Source: the human T2T-CHM13v2.0 reference genome, Homo sapiens. Taken from it: DNA of 64,000 bases. The notes beneath the pieces are model-generated. The model was not told the DNA's origin and ran no database searches. It worked only from the letters and a program-made list of their open reading frames with translations. The stretch's first letter is position 1, and each line of letters begins with the position of its first letter. Shown piece by piece: positions 39,241 to 52,946 of this stretch. Where the stretch lies: the NCBI RefSeq assembly GCF_009914755.1, contig NC_060930.1; one strand, written 5' to 3'. A program made the translations under genes and the position numbers.

Positions 39241-42200
39241 CTGAAGAGGAATATCACACATTTAAATATTTAGCATCATGGTTTTTCTTCCTTTTAATCT
39301 TCTTTCCTACAAAGAAGAAAGATGTAGTGGATATTTATTGATTTCCCTCCCAGAATTCATTTGCACTCTCTCATCTTCTTCATAGGACCAGATTTCGTTT
39401 TTAAGGAACTACCCCTCCCCATTATGTTATAGATCATTTGGTTCACTTCATCTGTAGGCCATTCAGTTCAGCCAGGCTTCCAGCTATAGGATTGAACTGG
39501 TATATCCAGCCAGGGAACTGGTGTACACAAATGATATATGATGGGTGGGACCAGATATGCCAAAGGTACTGCAATGAGATGTACCTGTAGCGTACAGCTG
39601 GGAAATGTCCTAGCCACAACGTTAATAGCACCTCTATTGAGAAACATTGATCAGTCTAGTCACAATGAATTGTTTAAGTAACTAAGCTTGAGCCATTCAG
39701 TGCCTGCTATTCTCCTGGCTGAAAGGGATTGACTCAGGAGTGTAGCTTGGGCTCTTGTTTGAGGGTCATGGGGTGGCATTCTCTCCATCTTCAGGTGAAG
39801 GAAGAGGCAGCAGGTAGTACGCTTAGCTCCTGGCAGCAACTTGTAACTGAGCAAAGCCAGCCTGGAGTCAAAGCAGATGGCAGAGCTGAGAGTACCACAG
39901 ATCAATGGAGTTGGAGCCCAGACTGCCATTCTTCTGGATGTTTTAGATATGCGCACCTACAGAGGCCAGGTGCCTACCTGCATTTATTGTGTGGGCAGAG
40001 CCAGTGCCTATGGTCAGGCTGGCTGGGCCTTTGATGAGAGAGCCCAGCTGAGTTGGAGAATGGAGACTGAAATCCATCTAGCCTTTGCTTGCCTTGCCAA
40101 GCTGTGCACTCTAGGTGAGGCTGTCTCTGCCCAGAGGAAGAAATGCCTTTCCCTACTTTTCCCAAAGCTGCCGTGCAGGGCAGCAGAGGCCCTGCTGTGA
40201 GTGGTGGGCCTGTAGGCCCCATGTAAGGGAAGAGCTGTTACTAGGCTCAAGTTGATTGTTGCCAGCCTAGAGCCTTGAGAGTATGAAGGACCTATGTTGC
40301 CATATTTTATTTTTGGAGAAAAAAGTGGAAATTTGGATGTTTATGTGAAATTGCAATTTTTAAAAGTTGATTCAAACCTTGTAAGAGTACTGTACAAGTC
40401 AAACTACATGCTTGTTGGCTGATTGTGCACTCTCTTTTGCTGTGGACTCTAAACTAGTGTGGAAGATGGGCCAACTGGAGCTGCAGACACTTTGAGAGTA
40501 GCTGGAAAGAACATGTGGTCACACCATAATGGGATTGAAGGTAGGGTAGAGAAGTTAGTTCTGTTGCATGAGAGGGAAAAAGAAAGAGAGCCAGCAAAGG
40601 GTTTTGAGCATGATGGAAGTGGTAGTGAAGGAAGCTGGTGCTGGCTTCAGCATGCAGGATGGACTTCAGGCTGGAGCAGAGGGATGGGGTGGGGTATAGA
40701 GGGCCTGGGCTGGGGTGTTGGCCTTGGGAGTGGAAAGGAAGGGAGAGCTTTCCAAGGAAATCAACAAGCCCTGGCCAGTAATAATAAAACACTACATTTT
40801 TTTTAAAGGATTCCCTTTAAAGTAAGGGAATCATGATTCAGAACATTTGAAAAACAGATACATAAAAAAAAAATCACATCTGTAATCCCAGGACCCTAAA
40901 AAAGTAACTGTCAACATTTTGTGTATGTTCCTTCAGCCTCTGTTCCCATGTCTCAGTTTCTTGGTGTAGTTGTAGTGATAGGATATGGTCAGTCTTTAAA
41001 CTCTTTACCTGCATGAAACCTCATAGCTTCATCTATGTGAGTTTATTTAGTTACCACAGACACCCTGGGAGGGAGGCCACACAGGCCTGGCATTCTGGGA
41101 GGCTACTTCAGTTTTCCAGGGTCACATAGCTGGAAAGTCACAGTGCAAGGTCCAAACCTTCTGACCCTGGAGTTCTTTCTTTTGCTCCACCCTGGACCAC
41201 ACTGCTGCTGCTATAAATGAATGAGTGGATTCATCCAACACAAGGACAATTCATGTCCATTTTATGTAAGACATAGAGGGAGACAGGATGAAGAAAAACA
41301 CATAGCCCATTCTCTGAAAGAACAGGAAATAAATTAACCATAATGATACAGAATATGAACTCTAGAAATCTGGTCTATGAAAAAGATGGGGATGAATGTA
41401 AATTCTACACAACCCACAAAGAGACACCCCAAGAGGAAATATTCAATGAGTGTTGTTATTCGCACTTTCTCATGTCTTTGCACCTCAGATTTATAGGCCT
41501 GCAGGTCCCTAAGCCAGCATAAATTATTCCTCTATGGAACTTGTGGCTGGATTGAATTTCTGGCCTTTGCTGAAGTTCACCAAACAGAGAATATTAGGCT
41601 CTTTGGCCGACTGAAATGGGACTCAGATCTACCAGCTCAATGTGTGGCTGGGAATCTTAAGGTCTGGGAGTGAAGGGGCTTGCCCAAGCTCATAGAGGTC
41701 AGATGCCAGTAACTTTTTCATTTAATTCCACTGCATTTGCTCTCCATAGGAGGTCCCCTGGTCTTTTACAAGAGAAAACTCAAATTTTCTATTCTGTAAG
41801 TTGGAATCTCTATCACAGTGGAAACCTACTTTGAGTTACTCTGAGTCTTAAGAACATCTTCTGGTGGTAGGTTTAGAGGAAACTCTGAAATTTTAGTCAA
41901 AACTCTGGACCCTATGGATTTAACAAAATGAGCATACAAAAGTTTACTTATGATAGTCCCTGACAAACCCCTACTTTTATATATAAGAAAGCTAGAAGGC
42001 AGAGAAGCTAAATGACTTGTTCATTGCTGCATAGCTCAAACCTCTGTGGGACTCCAGGCTTAATGTTCTTTCCACTCCAGCAGTCTAGCATTAAAGAATG
42101 AACTAATTAATAAATTAATGATTATAAAAGTGCCCAAGCCTGCCCTCAAAGAACTAACAACAAAGACACAAAAGCACCAGTATTTGAGTTTAGAGTAAGC

Positions 42201-43325
42201 ATTGGAGCCCTGGTGCCCAGTAGCCTGGTCCTATTTTTTCTTCCGTAATCTCATTTCTAGTCTATTAATGACTTGATCCATCCAAGGAAAACAGAACTGG
42301 TAAGTTTATGGCTCAAATGAAAGGATTGTGGCATATGAACTTTGTCATTTTGGTTAGTGATTTTATTATTTGGGCAAAATGGAAAACCAAAAGATATGAT
42401 GTTTAGAAAAAAAGATTATTTTGACCAAAAACTGTTTCAGGAATGCTTGAAGCTCCCCCTGCTCTGCCTGCCCTTTCTCTTTCTCTTCTGCTCCTCCTCC
42501 CAGGGCTATACAGCTGGCACTGAAAGTCTTTGTCAAGAGTGCCCAAACTCCTGGGCTAGGTGGCTCAGAAACCTTTCTGGGAGGGATGTCACTCTGTAGC
42601 TGTCTTTGGGATTAAATAAAATGACATAAAAAAAAAGAACTTGTTGCAAAGTAGGTGCCATGTAAATGCTCTCCACTTCTTTATGAAAGACTGAGAAATA
42701 AGGCTAGGAAAACGTATGTAACCTATTCAGGGTCACAGGGCAAGAATTCAGGAGTTGAGCAAGCTAGAGAGTACGGAATCATAAGAACTCTATGCAAACA
42801 ACAGGGTCTACGTGTGAAAAACTTGATGTCTTCAGAGAGAATTAGACTAAATCCCCGCATCACAGTAAACCTCAATAAAGGTTAGCTTTCTCTTGTTCTT
42901 CTTCCTTATTTTTCTTTTCCATTATCAAGGCCATCATTGAAATCATTATGATTATCATCTTCATCTCTGATGATACTGTGTTCTGCCTTTTCTGTTAGGG
43001 GTTTAAGTCACTTTGGATTTGCTTTAATTTGCCCCATTCTTTTCTTCTGATCTTTAAGCAACAAGATTCACATGATCAATCATCATGTAGTCTTAGCATG
43101 TTTCTCACTCCACCACCAAATTTAATGCATGAAAGTATACTATTAAAGCTGCTATGGGAGGCAGTGTGGAATACTGAAACATTGAGATCATATGACTGAA
43201 AATGGTATTGAACGTTGAGGGTCCTGGGTTTTAGTTTTGGATTTATTGCTAACCCAATTGTGTGATGTTAGATTAAGTCACTTCATGGCTCAGAGTCTCA
43301 GGTTCCTCATCTTTTTAAATGAACT

Positions 43326-43357
<32 letters not shown>

Positions 43358-43431
43358 TACACACACTGCTATATATTATATATTTGGGGGCAGGTGAAGC
43401 TGGTGAGTCTTGGGCAAGGATTTTTTTCCCT

Positions 43432-43833
43432 TTTATTTTTTTCTTGACAGGTAATGATACATATTTATGGGATACAGAGTGATATTCCCATACATGTGTA
43501 CCATGTATAATGACCAAATCAGGGTAATTAATATCTCATCACCTAGAACATTTATCATTTCTGTGTATTGTGAACATTCAGAATCCTCTTTTCTAGCTTT
43601 TTGAAAACAGAAACTAAATTATTAACTATATTCACCCTAGAATGCTGTAGAAAGCTACAAATTATTTCTCCCATCTAGCTGTAAGTTTGTGTCCGTTAAC
43701 CAGCATTTCCCTATCCTTCCCCCATCACTTACACCTGCCACCTTTCCCAGCCTCTAATAATCAGAATTATTCTCTCTACTTCTATGAGCTCAATTTTTTT
43801 TAGCTCCCTCATATGTGGGAGAACATGCAGGAT
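43432..43833 (-). mobile_element. L1MA-type 3' end (last ORF2 codons, 3' UTR and A-tail), 3' half of a U6-L1 chimera
   Basis: Minus strand begins CATGTTCTCCCACATATGAGGGAGCTAA (cf. L1 ORF2 end HMFSLICGS*), followed by an L1MA-like 3' UTR. Confidence 0.85.
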
Positions 43834-43941
43834 AAAAAATGTGGGCTGCTTCACGATTCTGCACATCACCCTTGCACAGAGGCCATGCTAATCTTCTCTG
43901 GGTTGTTCCAATTTTAGTATATATGCTGCCCAAGGGAGCAC
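43834..43941 (-). pseudogene. Full-length U6 snRNA retrocopy (RNU6-type pseudogene)
   Basis: Minus strand GTGCTCCCTTGGGCAGCATATATACTAAAATTGGAAC...CAGAGAAGATTAGCATGGCC...CGTGAAGCAGCCCACATTTTTT aligns end-to-end with U6; ACAGAGA box mutated to CCAGAGA; no recognisable U6 promoter upstream. Confidence 0.96.
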
Positions 43942-44810
43942 CTCATCTTCAAAATGTTCTGAGTTGTTCCTACTGGGATGAGGATGAGAATTGCAAAACT
44001 CTACAAGGCTTGTGCATTTTACAATTATTTGCATCAGAAGACAACTTCCATTTGCAATCTCTATTCAGCCAGACTCAGTCAACTCTGGGTCACCCTTTCC
44101 ATTTTCCTGGAATGGGGTGGGAGACTGGGGGTAAAACAGGGCAAGGAATGACTGACTCCTGTCACTACATAGTACCTTTTTTAAAGGAACATGAAAAGTG
44201 CTGTTGCTATTTCTTATTGAGAAAAAATATTTTTACTTAAATAAAAACAACTGAGGCCTTCAACATGCCAGATAGTGTGCTGGGGGAAGAATAGACAGAG
44301 GAGGGATAAGGGATATGATGCTGTGTCTGTCAAGCAGCTCATAGTTTCACAGATAAAGAAGCCATTGTGTGATTCTGAGCAGGTGACTTAAATTATGTCG
44401 CATTTCTTCCTCTGTAAATAAGGATGAAAATGGTATTCCATAGGATTTTTGGGGCTCTTTTGAGGCTTAAATCATTGTCTGTAAAGTTTTTACAACAGTG
44501 CCTGACATACCACCCAGTAAGTACTTAATAAATGTTATTATTTTTATCATCATGATCATGGTCTAAATACAATACAATGTGGAAAGCTTGCCAGCTGATC
44601 TGGTGGATTTGGTGAGTAGCATGTCCAACACGGGGAGTTTAAAGTGTGAGGTGGGAGAAGGTTTTTAGGGAGGAAAGACAGGTAGGGCCCAGAGCAGGCC
44701 AATATTCATGGACCTAATTGTTAAGACAAGGCAGGTGGGCGTGTTTGAGCTGTTTTTTTACACAGTAGTGTAAGAGGTAGAGTAAGTAAAACATGTTTTA
44801 TGTTTTAGAC

Positions 44811-45455
44811 CAGTGTTTCGCGAATTCGCATGTAACATGGATCCTTTTAAAAGGAAAAGCATTTTCATGTAATACCCCTTCCAGTGTTAGCTTAAATTAT
44901 CTTTAAATATTTCAAACATGAAGCTAGGTAGAAACTCCTTATGTCTATGGTTTTTACATGTCTTGAAAACCAAAATAAATTTTCAAATACAACATAAATA
45001 AAACTATGAAACTAATCAATTTCAGATTCACATTAATTCAATAATTGATGTTGTCTTATAACCAAATGTCCACTTGCAAAATGATGTGGTAGAGACTGCC
45101 TGTGTTCAGCATGCAAATCCAGCCATGTGCCATGTGACGACTCATGTCTCTCACCAATTTTCATTTTGGAATCTTTAGTTTTACAGTTTGCCTTGATGTC
45201 ATGCCACTTGACCTCCAATTGTCTGTAATGTGTCATTGACAGACTGTCACCTCTGTTATTTTCTCCCAGCACTGAGGGAGATCTTCTCTTATTATAACGT
45301 GACACAGCAGAAAGTCCAGAACATGTTTCAATGAATGTTTTCCTTAAAGTTATTATTAAAATTAAACATAAAATTAGGAAAATATTCACTGAGAACTCCT
45401 GAACCTTCATTTCCAAGGACAACCAAGGTTCTTAGGTCACGGTTTGAGAAATACT
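44811..45455. mobile_element. hAT-Charlie-type DNA transposon remnant
   Basis: Ends cagtgtttc... / ...tttgagaaatact resemble Charlie TIRs; family not resolved. Confidence 0.5.
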
Positions 45456-47629
45456 TCCCTAGTATGAGAGTGTGGTATTGAAGGTCAAGGTAGAGCGGTA
45501 GTTCACAAAGCAGTGAGAGTCCTGGTGCATGAGAATCCGACGGGAAGTCAAAATACAGGTCCTGGGCCTCAGCCCTGGATATTCTTTTTCAGTGGGTGGT
45601 GAAGGGGAGTTGGGGAGGGCTCAGGAATCCAAAGTTTTCCTGGAGACAGTTGGACACAGATTTTAAAACCACCACTTGACTCAATGATCTCTAAAGTGCA
45701 AAAAGACCTAGCAGGTTCTTGGTTTGGACTAATTATTACCTTTGTTTAAAACAGATATCCATACAAATCAGTTGCATATTTAGAAAAGCTCTTTTGGAGA
45801 GGTTCAAGTTCACAAATACATTGAAAGCACAGATTAGGCGAAGGTTAACTCAGGCAACTTAAGAGCTTGGCTGTTCAAGCAGAAACCCTCCTCTTAACCC
45901 CAGGGTCAAACAAATCAAAAGCAGCAAAGACCACCACAATTTGGAAGACATAGCTCTTCTGGCTCAGTTTCCTCATCTGCAAGATGACAAAATACAACCT
46001 TCTCTAAGGTGGCTGTGAAGATGACAGATGAAGAATGTAAAGCAACAAGGACATAAGTGATAATTAATCAGTGGCACTATTTAGCTCAGAGCTGTAATTT
46101 CTAGCTAAGGAAACCGAGACTCAGGGAAATGAGCCAACGTGTCCCAGGAACACAATCGGCAGTGGCAGAAGTTGGACAATGACCACCATGACTCATACTG
46201 TCACCTGTTAATTCTTATTGAGCATTTACTCAGTGCCAGGTCCCACACTCAAAACTTTGCAGTATTATCTCATAACAGTTTTATGAGACAGGTAACTTTA
46301 TTTTCTCCATTCTGTACAAGTGGAAATTGCCACTTGGAGAGGTCAAAGAACTTGCCCGGGTGGGTCACAAAGTGGTGGAGCTGAGATTCACACTCACCCA
46401 GGCTAATGCTCAAATCTCTTCTTTTCAACACTCTACTTTCACTTCCCAAACCAGTGCTCTTGTCTGGAGCCTTCCACTCCAGCAGCAGATCTGACCCAGC
46501 CTTACTGGGTAATGGCAGAGCTCATGAGCATCCTATGTGGGCTGAGGCATTTATCATCTGTAATTCCTTGTCAGAGGTGGGCGTGCAGTCCTGCTGATGG
46601 TTTGGGATGACAGAACCCTTCTCTGCACCCCTGTGTGATTTTACAGGACTGTGCCCTTAGGGTCCAGGTGATTTCACTTCTGCGAGCTTTGCATTTGGTC
46701 AGCAGGGCTCTATCTAAGGCCATTAACTCTCCCCGTGGGGGCCATCGAACACCCATTAGCAATACTGCTTGGTCATTATCAAACTAAATTGAATTTAACC
46801 TCAGACACTGAGGAGAAAAAACTCCATCCTGGCTGATTAACAACCGCCACAGACCTCCAGTGAGCCAGAAAATGAGTAAATCAGGTGCCTCCTATTCCTG
46901 TGTCTCCAAGTAAGGAAATATAGGATAAGTGTGTCACAAATTTCAATCAACCCAATGTAATCGATCATCTCTGTCAGTCCCTCCTAATAGATGAAATTCA
47001 TGTGGACCCTAAGCTCGCTTTCCCTCTTATGGCAATAAATAAATAAATTCAAAAAAATCCACAATCCTTTAGTGAAATAATTATCCACATTTTGCATATT
47101 TAATAATCATAATAACAATGCCTTCCAAGTGCAAAGATTTTTCTCTGTATCACAGATACTGTGGCTTTTTTTTTTTGAGTTTCAGACCCACTTTTTGAGA
47201 GATAGAGGGTGTTTTCTTTGGAAGTGAGATTGCTTATAATTTAAAGTTTACATTTTAAGCCCCAGGTTGAGTTTGTGAGCCCATCTGTGCTGTTGAGGGC
47301 CTGCAGATGAGTGACTGGGTGCTTGACTATTTCCGCTTGGCTCTTCCTTCCCTGTCTCTAGGGCACTACATATCATTTAGCTGCCTAAACACAATGGTGA
47401 GGCCAATGCTAATGGCATTTCTGTTAAAAACAAGAAAACCTGTCTGAGAGACTCTTTGAGCAAAAGCCATTTTATCTTACAACACTGCGAGCAGCTGGCA
47501 GGTGGAGGGAATGGGAAATATCTTACCGAGTCATTCAGTGGAAAGCCTCTCGTGCTCTGTGGAGAAGGCCTTTCTTACATGAGCAAAGCCCAGAGCAGTT
47601 TAGAAAAAGAGAGAAAAGAGTGTCATGTG

Positions 47630-48446
47630 CTTTTCAAAAGAAGACATTTATGTGGCCAACAAACATATGAAAAAAAGCTCATCATCACTGGTCATTAGAG
47701 AAATGCAAATCAAAACCACAATGAGATACCATCTCACACCAGTTAGAATGGCAATCATTAAAAAGTCAGGTAACAACAGATGCTGGAGAGGATGTGGAGA
47801 AATAGGAATGCTTTTACACTGTTGGTGGGAGTGTAAATTAATTCAACCATTGTGGAAGACAGTGTGGTGATTCCTCAAGGATCTAGAACCAGAATTACCA
47901 TTTGACCCAGCAATCCCATTACTGGGTATATACCCAAAGGATTATAAATCATTCTACTATAAAGACACATGCACACATATGTTTATTGCAGCACTATTCA
48001 CAATAGCAAAGACTTGGAACCAACCCAAATGCCCATCAATGATAGACTGGATAAAGAAAATGTGGCACATATACACCATGGAATACTATGCAGTCATAAA
48101 AAAGGATGAGTTTATGTCCTTTGCAGGGACATGGATGAAGCTGGAAACCGTCATTCTTAACAAACTAACACAGGAACAGAAAACCAAACACCACATGTTC
48201 TCACTCATAAGTGGGAGTTGAACAATGAGAACACATGGGCACAGGGAGGGGAACATCACATACCGGGGCCTGTCAGTGGGTGGGGGGCAAGGGGAGGGAT
48301 AGCATTAGGAGAAATACCTAATGTGGATGACGGGTTGATGGGTGCAGCAAACCACCATGGCACGTGTATACCTATGTAAGAAACCTGCACGTTCTGCACA
48401 TGTATCCCAGAACTTAAAATATAATTGAAAAAAAAAAAGGAAAAAA
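47630..48446 (+). mobile_element. 5'-truncated L1PA (ORF2 C-terminal Cys-rich domain, 3' UTR and polyA), antisense to LAMA4
   Basis: ORFs 47625..47870 and 47979..48221 are L1 ORF2 C-terminus; TSD agaaaagagtgtcat at 47612-47626 and 48447-48461. Confidence 0.96.
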
Positions 48447-49001
48447 AGAAAAGAGTGTCATATGTAAATACCAGCCAGAGATCCAGAAAACCTAAACTCC
48501 TGTGGAATTTGTTTACTTTTTAGTATGGTATAAAGCTGGTATAAAGAATGGGCGAAATAACAGCTTTGTGGGTTGTTTTTTTCTAATTTATTGCTCTATT
48601 GACAAAAGGTGATTCACATTTTATTTACTGAGGAAACCTCACTCTTTTCTGGGGAACACTAATTTTAGTACTATTTCTCATTGATGGAGAGAGAAAAGAG
48701 TACTACCAAAACCATCTAGAGAATCTTTTCAAAATACACATCCTCAATTTCCTTTTTCCCTGTGTGCTTATCCTGAGATGTGGCCTTGGCCTGAAGCCCT
48801 AGGAAGCATATTGTTATTTGCTGTATCTGGGGGATGGGATTTAGGAAAACTTCCCTAAGGGGTTTTGAAATGCAGTCCCTCAACCACTCTTAAGCATCTC
48901 CTTCAGGACCCACTGAATGGGAGTATGGCAGAGCTGTTGAGTGTGAGAAACAGAAAGCTTCCTTTGACCCACACAGAAAATAGAGAATTTTATTGGCTTA
49001 C

Positions 49002-49082
49002 CTTTCACAGTTAGGTCCAGCATAATTTTCGTTACAAATGCACCGAACAGCTCCATTTTTCCTATAGCAGGATTCTGCAAAA
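49002..49082 (-). CDS. LAMA4: LAMA4 exon 5 (81 nt, phase 2-2): (N)FAESCYRKNGAVRCICNENYAGPNCE(R)
   Basis: Acceptor TTTTAG, donor AAG|GTAAGC at 49001; LE-repeat cysteine pattern. Confidence 0.95.
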
Positions 49083-52000
49083 CTAAAATTGGAAGCAAAT
49101 ATTGGAAGTCAATTCCATACATCACCAAAGAGACTGTCTTAACTTTTTATCAGATTACCTCTATGTTGGTCCCATTAAAGTTCTAATGGGTGCAATCATT
49201 TTCTTTATTTAAACTTGTACACATTTACCTTGCAGGAAAGGTTAGGCTAGCAGGCCCCAAAAGAAAATGCCACTTGTTGGTGGGACCATTTCCCAGGTCC
49301 TATATATATATTTCAAGCACTAGTCCAAAACATGTATCCCAAAGCTGGAAATAAAATGATCAAATTCTACCTGCAATTTTGGATTTATAAGAGAATCCCC
49401 TTTTATTTCCATCACTGTCTATGTAGTCATTTAAAAGTTTCCCCTTTTTTTCTGCACTAGAACTTGTCCAGTTTTAAAGGGAAGGAACCAGTTCTAAACT
49501 ATATAATCTCCACAGAATTATAATTTCTTTCATGTGTACTTTAAATATTGGAAATAAGGTTGCTGAGACTGGCTGCGTCGATGAAAGTCCCAGTCAAGTA
49601 CTGCAGCAAAACATAGGACCCACCATAAAAGGATTTTATCCCATGGAACCCTCTCTCTTTCTTCTTCTTCCTTTTTTAAAGATAATAAAAATTAGGACAC
49701 AGGACAAAAAAGTAATAAAAATATTGGTTTAGTGGAATACATAAGTCTCCTCACTATTAAGGCAAGGGAAATGGGGTTATGGTCTCCACGTGTTTGGAAA
49801 ATTCTTCATAGACACATGAATTGTGTGGGGCATAGGGGTGTGTGTGTGTGTGTGTGTATGTAAAATTTTAAGGACTTTTAAATTAGCTTTGGCTTTGGTA
49901 CTATACAACCAATAAAGTGTGACCCGCTGCTCTCTTGTTCCTTTATGTATCAGCATTTCTTACCCTAATGGTGTTTGGAGGAAAGCAAATAGATGTGTTT
50001 ATTTGTTTGAAGACACTTAAAAAATCAGTCAGAAAACAATATGTGCTTCTCAGTGAAAGGCAACACCCACAATTTATTTTCGCAAACAGTTGGGTAAAAA
50101 CATTCCAACAGAATTACATTTCTTTGGCCTTTTACCCTTTATTTTGCTTGTTCTGATTTCTTAGCCTACTTAAAGAACCACTGTCAGTTAAGAGTCCAGA
50201 ACAGGAACCCGCGCTTCCATCTTTCTTTGAAGGTGTTCCACCCAGCAGCCTGCCCACGCTTGAAGCATGCAACATCTGCTAGGGGCATCTGGAGTCATCC
50301 GCCTGTAGCTGGTGTCCTGCTGTTTCAAACAGATGACATTTTCCTTAACTGGAGCGATTTCCATAGCTACTGGTAGAGATGGAGGACGTCTGGCCAACCC
50401 CCAAATAAATACATGAACATTATGCAAATGGTCCCTGGGAACAACTGCATGACCACCGGTCTCTGTGGCGAAGGCAGACTCGGTGGCAGGGCCAGCCCTC
50501 AAGGGTTCGTTTTTGTTTCTCATCAGCATTAACTGTTTATGTTTTGTCTGGTTTTGGCTAGGGAAGTGAAAACACTGCGTCTCTCTCAGCCCACTGTAAC
50601 CACTGTGGTGCCCATTTCAAGTGGAAGGGTGCCTTTTGCTCTTAGAAAATCCTTAGGAACTTAGAGAAAAATAGACTCGGCCCTTTGTTTGCTTAACCCC
50701 CTGAAGCATTATTTCCTTGCTTTCTTGTAACTGGAAATCCAAATCCTGCGTCTGTGGGCTCAGCTTCATCAATGTTTCAAAATGTAATTCAGAGTCTAAA
50801 CTAGACGCCTTTCTGAAAAGTCCTGGAACTTTCATTTTATAGAAAGTAGCAATATGAATTTCTTAAAAAGCTGAAAGAGGCAATGGGCATTTGATTTTTG
50901 ATAAGATATTTGATTAGTATTTGAGATTAGCTAACTAAGTTAATAATAAGTCCAGATCAAAGCTTAGAACTTTTTAGGACCCAAGAATATTTGTTCTGTT
51001 CCATGACCACAGATGAACCCCTCCTCTCCTTTTTTGCAGCCAGTTTCCCCAGCAAGGGATTCAAGAAGTAGAGCTGTTGTCACTACAGAGAAAAATCTGT
51101 AAAATCCCTTGGTCTCTCACACCCTTACCAATTCCTCCCTACTCCTACATGATATTTACTTATAGGTGACACACTTTTTACTTCATTTTCGTTTTCAGTA
51201 GGTTTTTCAACCTCGAATCTGTACTATTAGAGACTTGAGTTTTCGTGTCTGTGAATATGCATCTAGATTTAGAGCACATTCTCTAAGTCCCTTCAGTGCT
51301 CCTTTGAACCCTGGATCCACTTACACAGAGAAAAAACATGGGCAGACATGGTGCCTTGATGCCTTTGGAAACTGTTTCCTCTTTCAGGAAAGGAGACTCA
51401 TTCCACAGTTGGCAACTTTTGACTTCATTTCTTAAAGAGTTAACAGCATTCAGAAACGCTTCTTGCTCAACTAACATACCGGATACTGTGATTCAAAAGG
51501 TAAAGGGTCATTTGCTCTAGGAGTTTCAAAACACTGCTGTATTTTGACCTATCTTAATAAAGGTGAGATTTTTGACTGTTTTACTCACTGCTGTGTCACC
51601 AGTGACTAGTGCATGACTGGCACATAATAAGTACTGACTACCAGTTTTTATACCAGTGTATAATAAGTGCTCGATAAATATCTGATTGCATGTAGACAAG
51701 GCTTCTCAGTCCATAGGGAATGATGTTCTAAAGGTCTCATATCCCAAGACCAGGTAATTTAGATAAGAAAGTCTTGTCATGCAAATGGGGTGAAAAGTGC
51801 AAAAGTGGAACAGCATAATTAGAAAGAACCATCTGAGATTGCCTGCCTAATTCATCTGCTACTGCCAAAAAAAAAAAAACAAACACTGCAGCTCGACGCC
51901 TATAAACCTTTTCTGAGCAGATGAGGCTACACAACATGTTTATGAGAGAATGAGTGAAACCAGCTATGAGGAAGTTGGAGGTAATATATTTAACAATATA

Positions 52001-52946
52001 TACCATGGCAAGAGAACTGTGCTAAATATCTCACCAGACGTGATTAAAACGAATGCTTGAGAGCAGAATATTAATGAACAATGAAAAAGTATACCAAGAC
52101 GGAGTGAAGGGAGCTCATAAATCAGGACATACTTGAGTGAAAATAACAGAACAGTTAATGTTTGCGTTTTCTACCCTCACTGTGAGTACCATCCCTTTTG
52201 CACATGTTATTAATACTATCATACATGAAAAATTACAGAGCAAGGTCTGAGGCAGTTTAACAGTTTCTGAAGAAGGATGGGACTGAAACTCATCTGACTA
52301 CTCTGACTGTTAGACTTGTAGTATTTGAATACATCACAAGCTATTAGGTGAAATGTTAGTTGATATTGGTGTTCAATTAAGGAAAAAACATCGGGGGAAT
52401 CTGATTGCCATCTGTCTTTTTCTTTTCTGTTTATCAGTAAGTGTGTGAGTATGAGTGAGTGCGTGTGTGTAGTAAGCATTCAGATTTTAAAAAGTCATTT
52501 TATGTGTATCATTTAATCTTTACAACAGCTATCAATTACGTAAATATTACATCGAAACACTTAGAACAATGCCAGGCATAGAGTAAGAAAAATCTAAGTG
52601 TTAGAAAAAATATAGCGGTATGTGTTCAGTAAAGGCAACATCTACCTTATGCCTTTCCATGTTTAGGGTACAAACCCAAATCCTCCACACATATTATCCT
52701 AGTCCAGTCCTCACAACTCTATGATGCAGATCCTTACTTCCTAGTTTGATTTACTGTACTAAGGAGAAAATCTGAAATACTGGGCTGGTAAATGAATCAA
52801 GGAGTAGAGCCAAGATCTGAACCCAGGCTTCTTGACTTCAAATCCCATGGAAAGTGAGATCTAGGGAGAAAGTAACTTTTCTGAGATCACACAGGTATTA
52901 TGTGTCCAAATTTGAATATGAACCTAGATTGGCTACTCTTTCTACT

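Noticed and set aside
43834-43941. Functional U6 snRNA gene
   Set aside because: ACAGAGA box mutated, many substitutions, no recognisable PSE/TATA upstream, fused to L1
47625-48221. ORF2-like ORFs as an active L1
   Set aside because: Only ~800 bp of 3' end, with an internal stop and no promoter, ORF1, EN or RT domain
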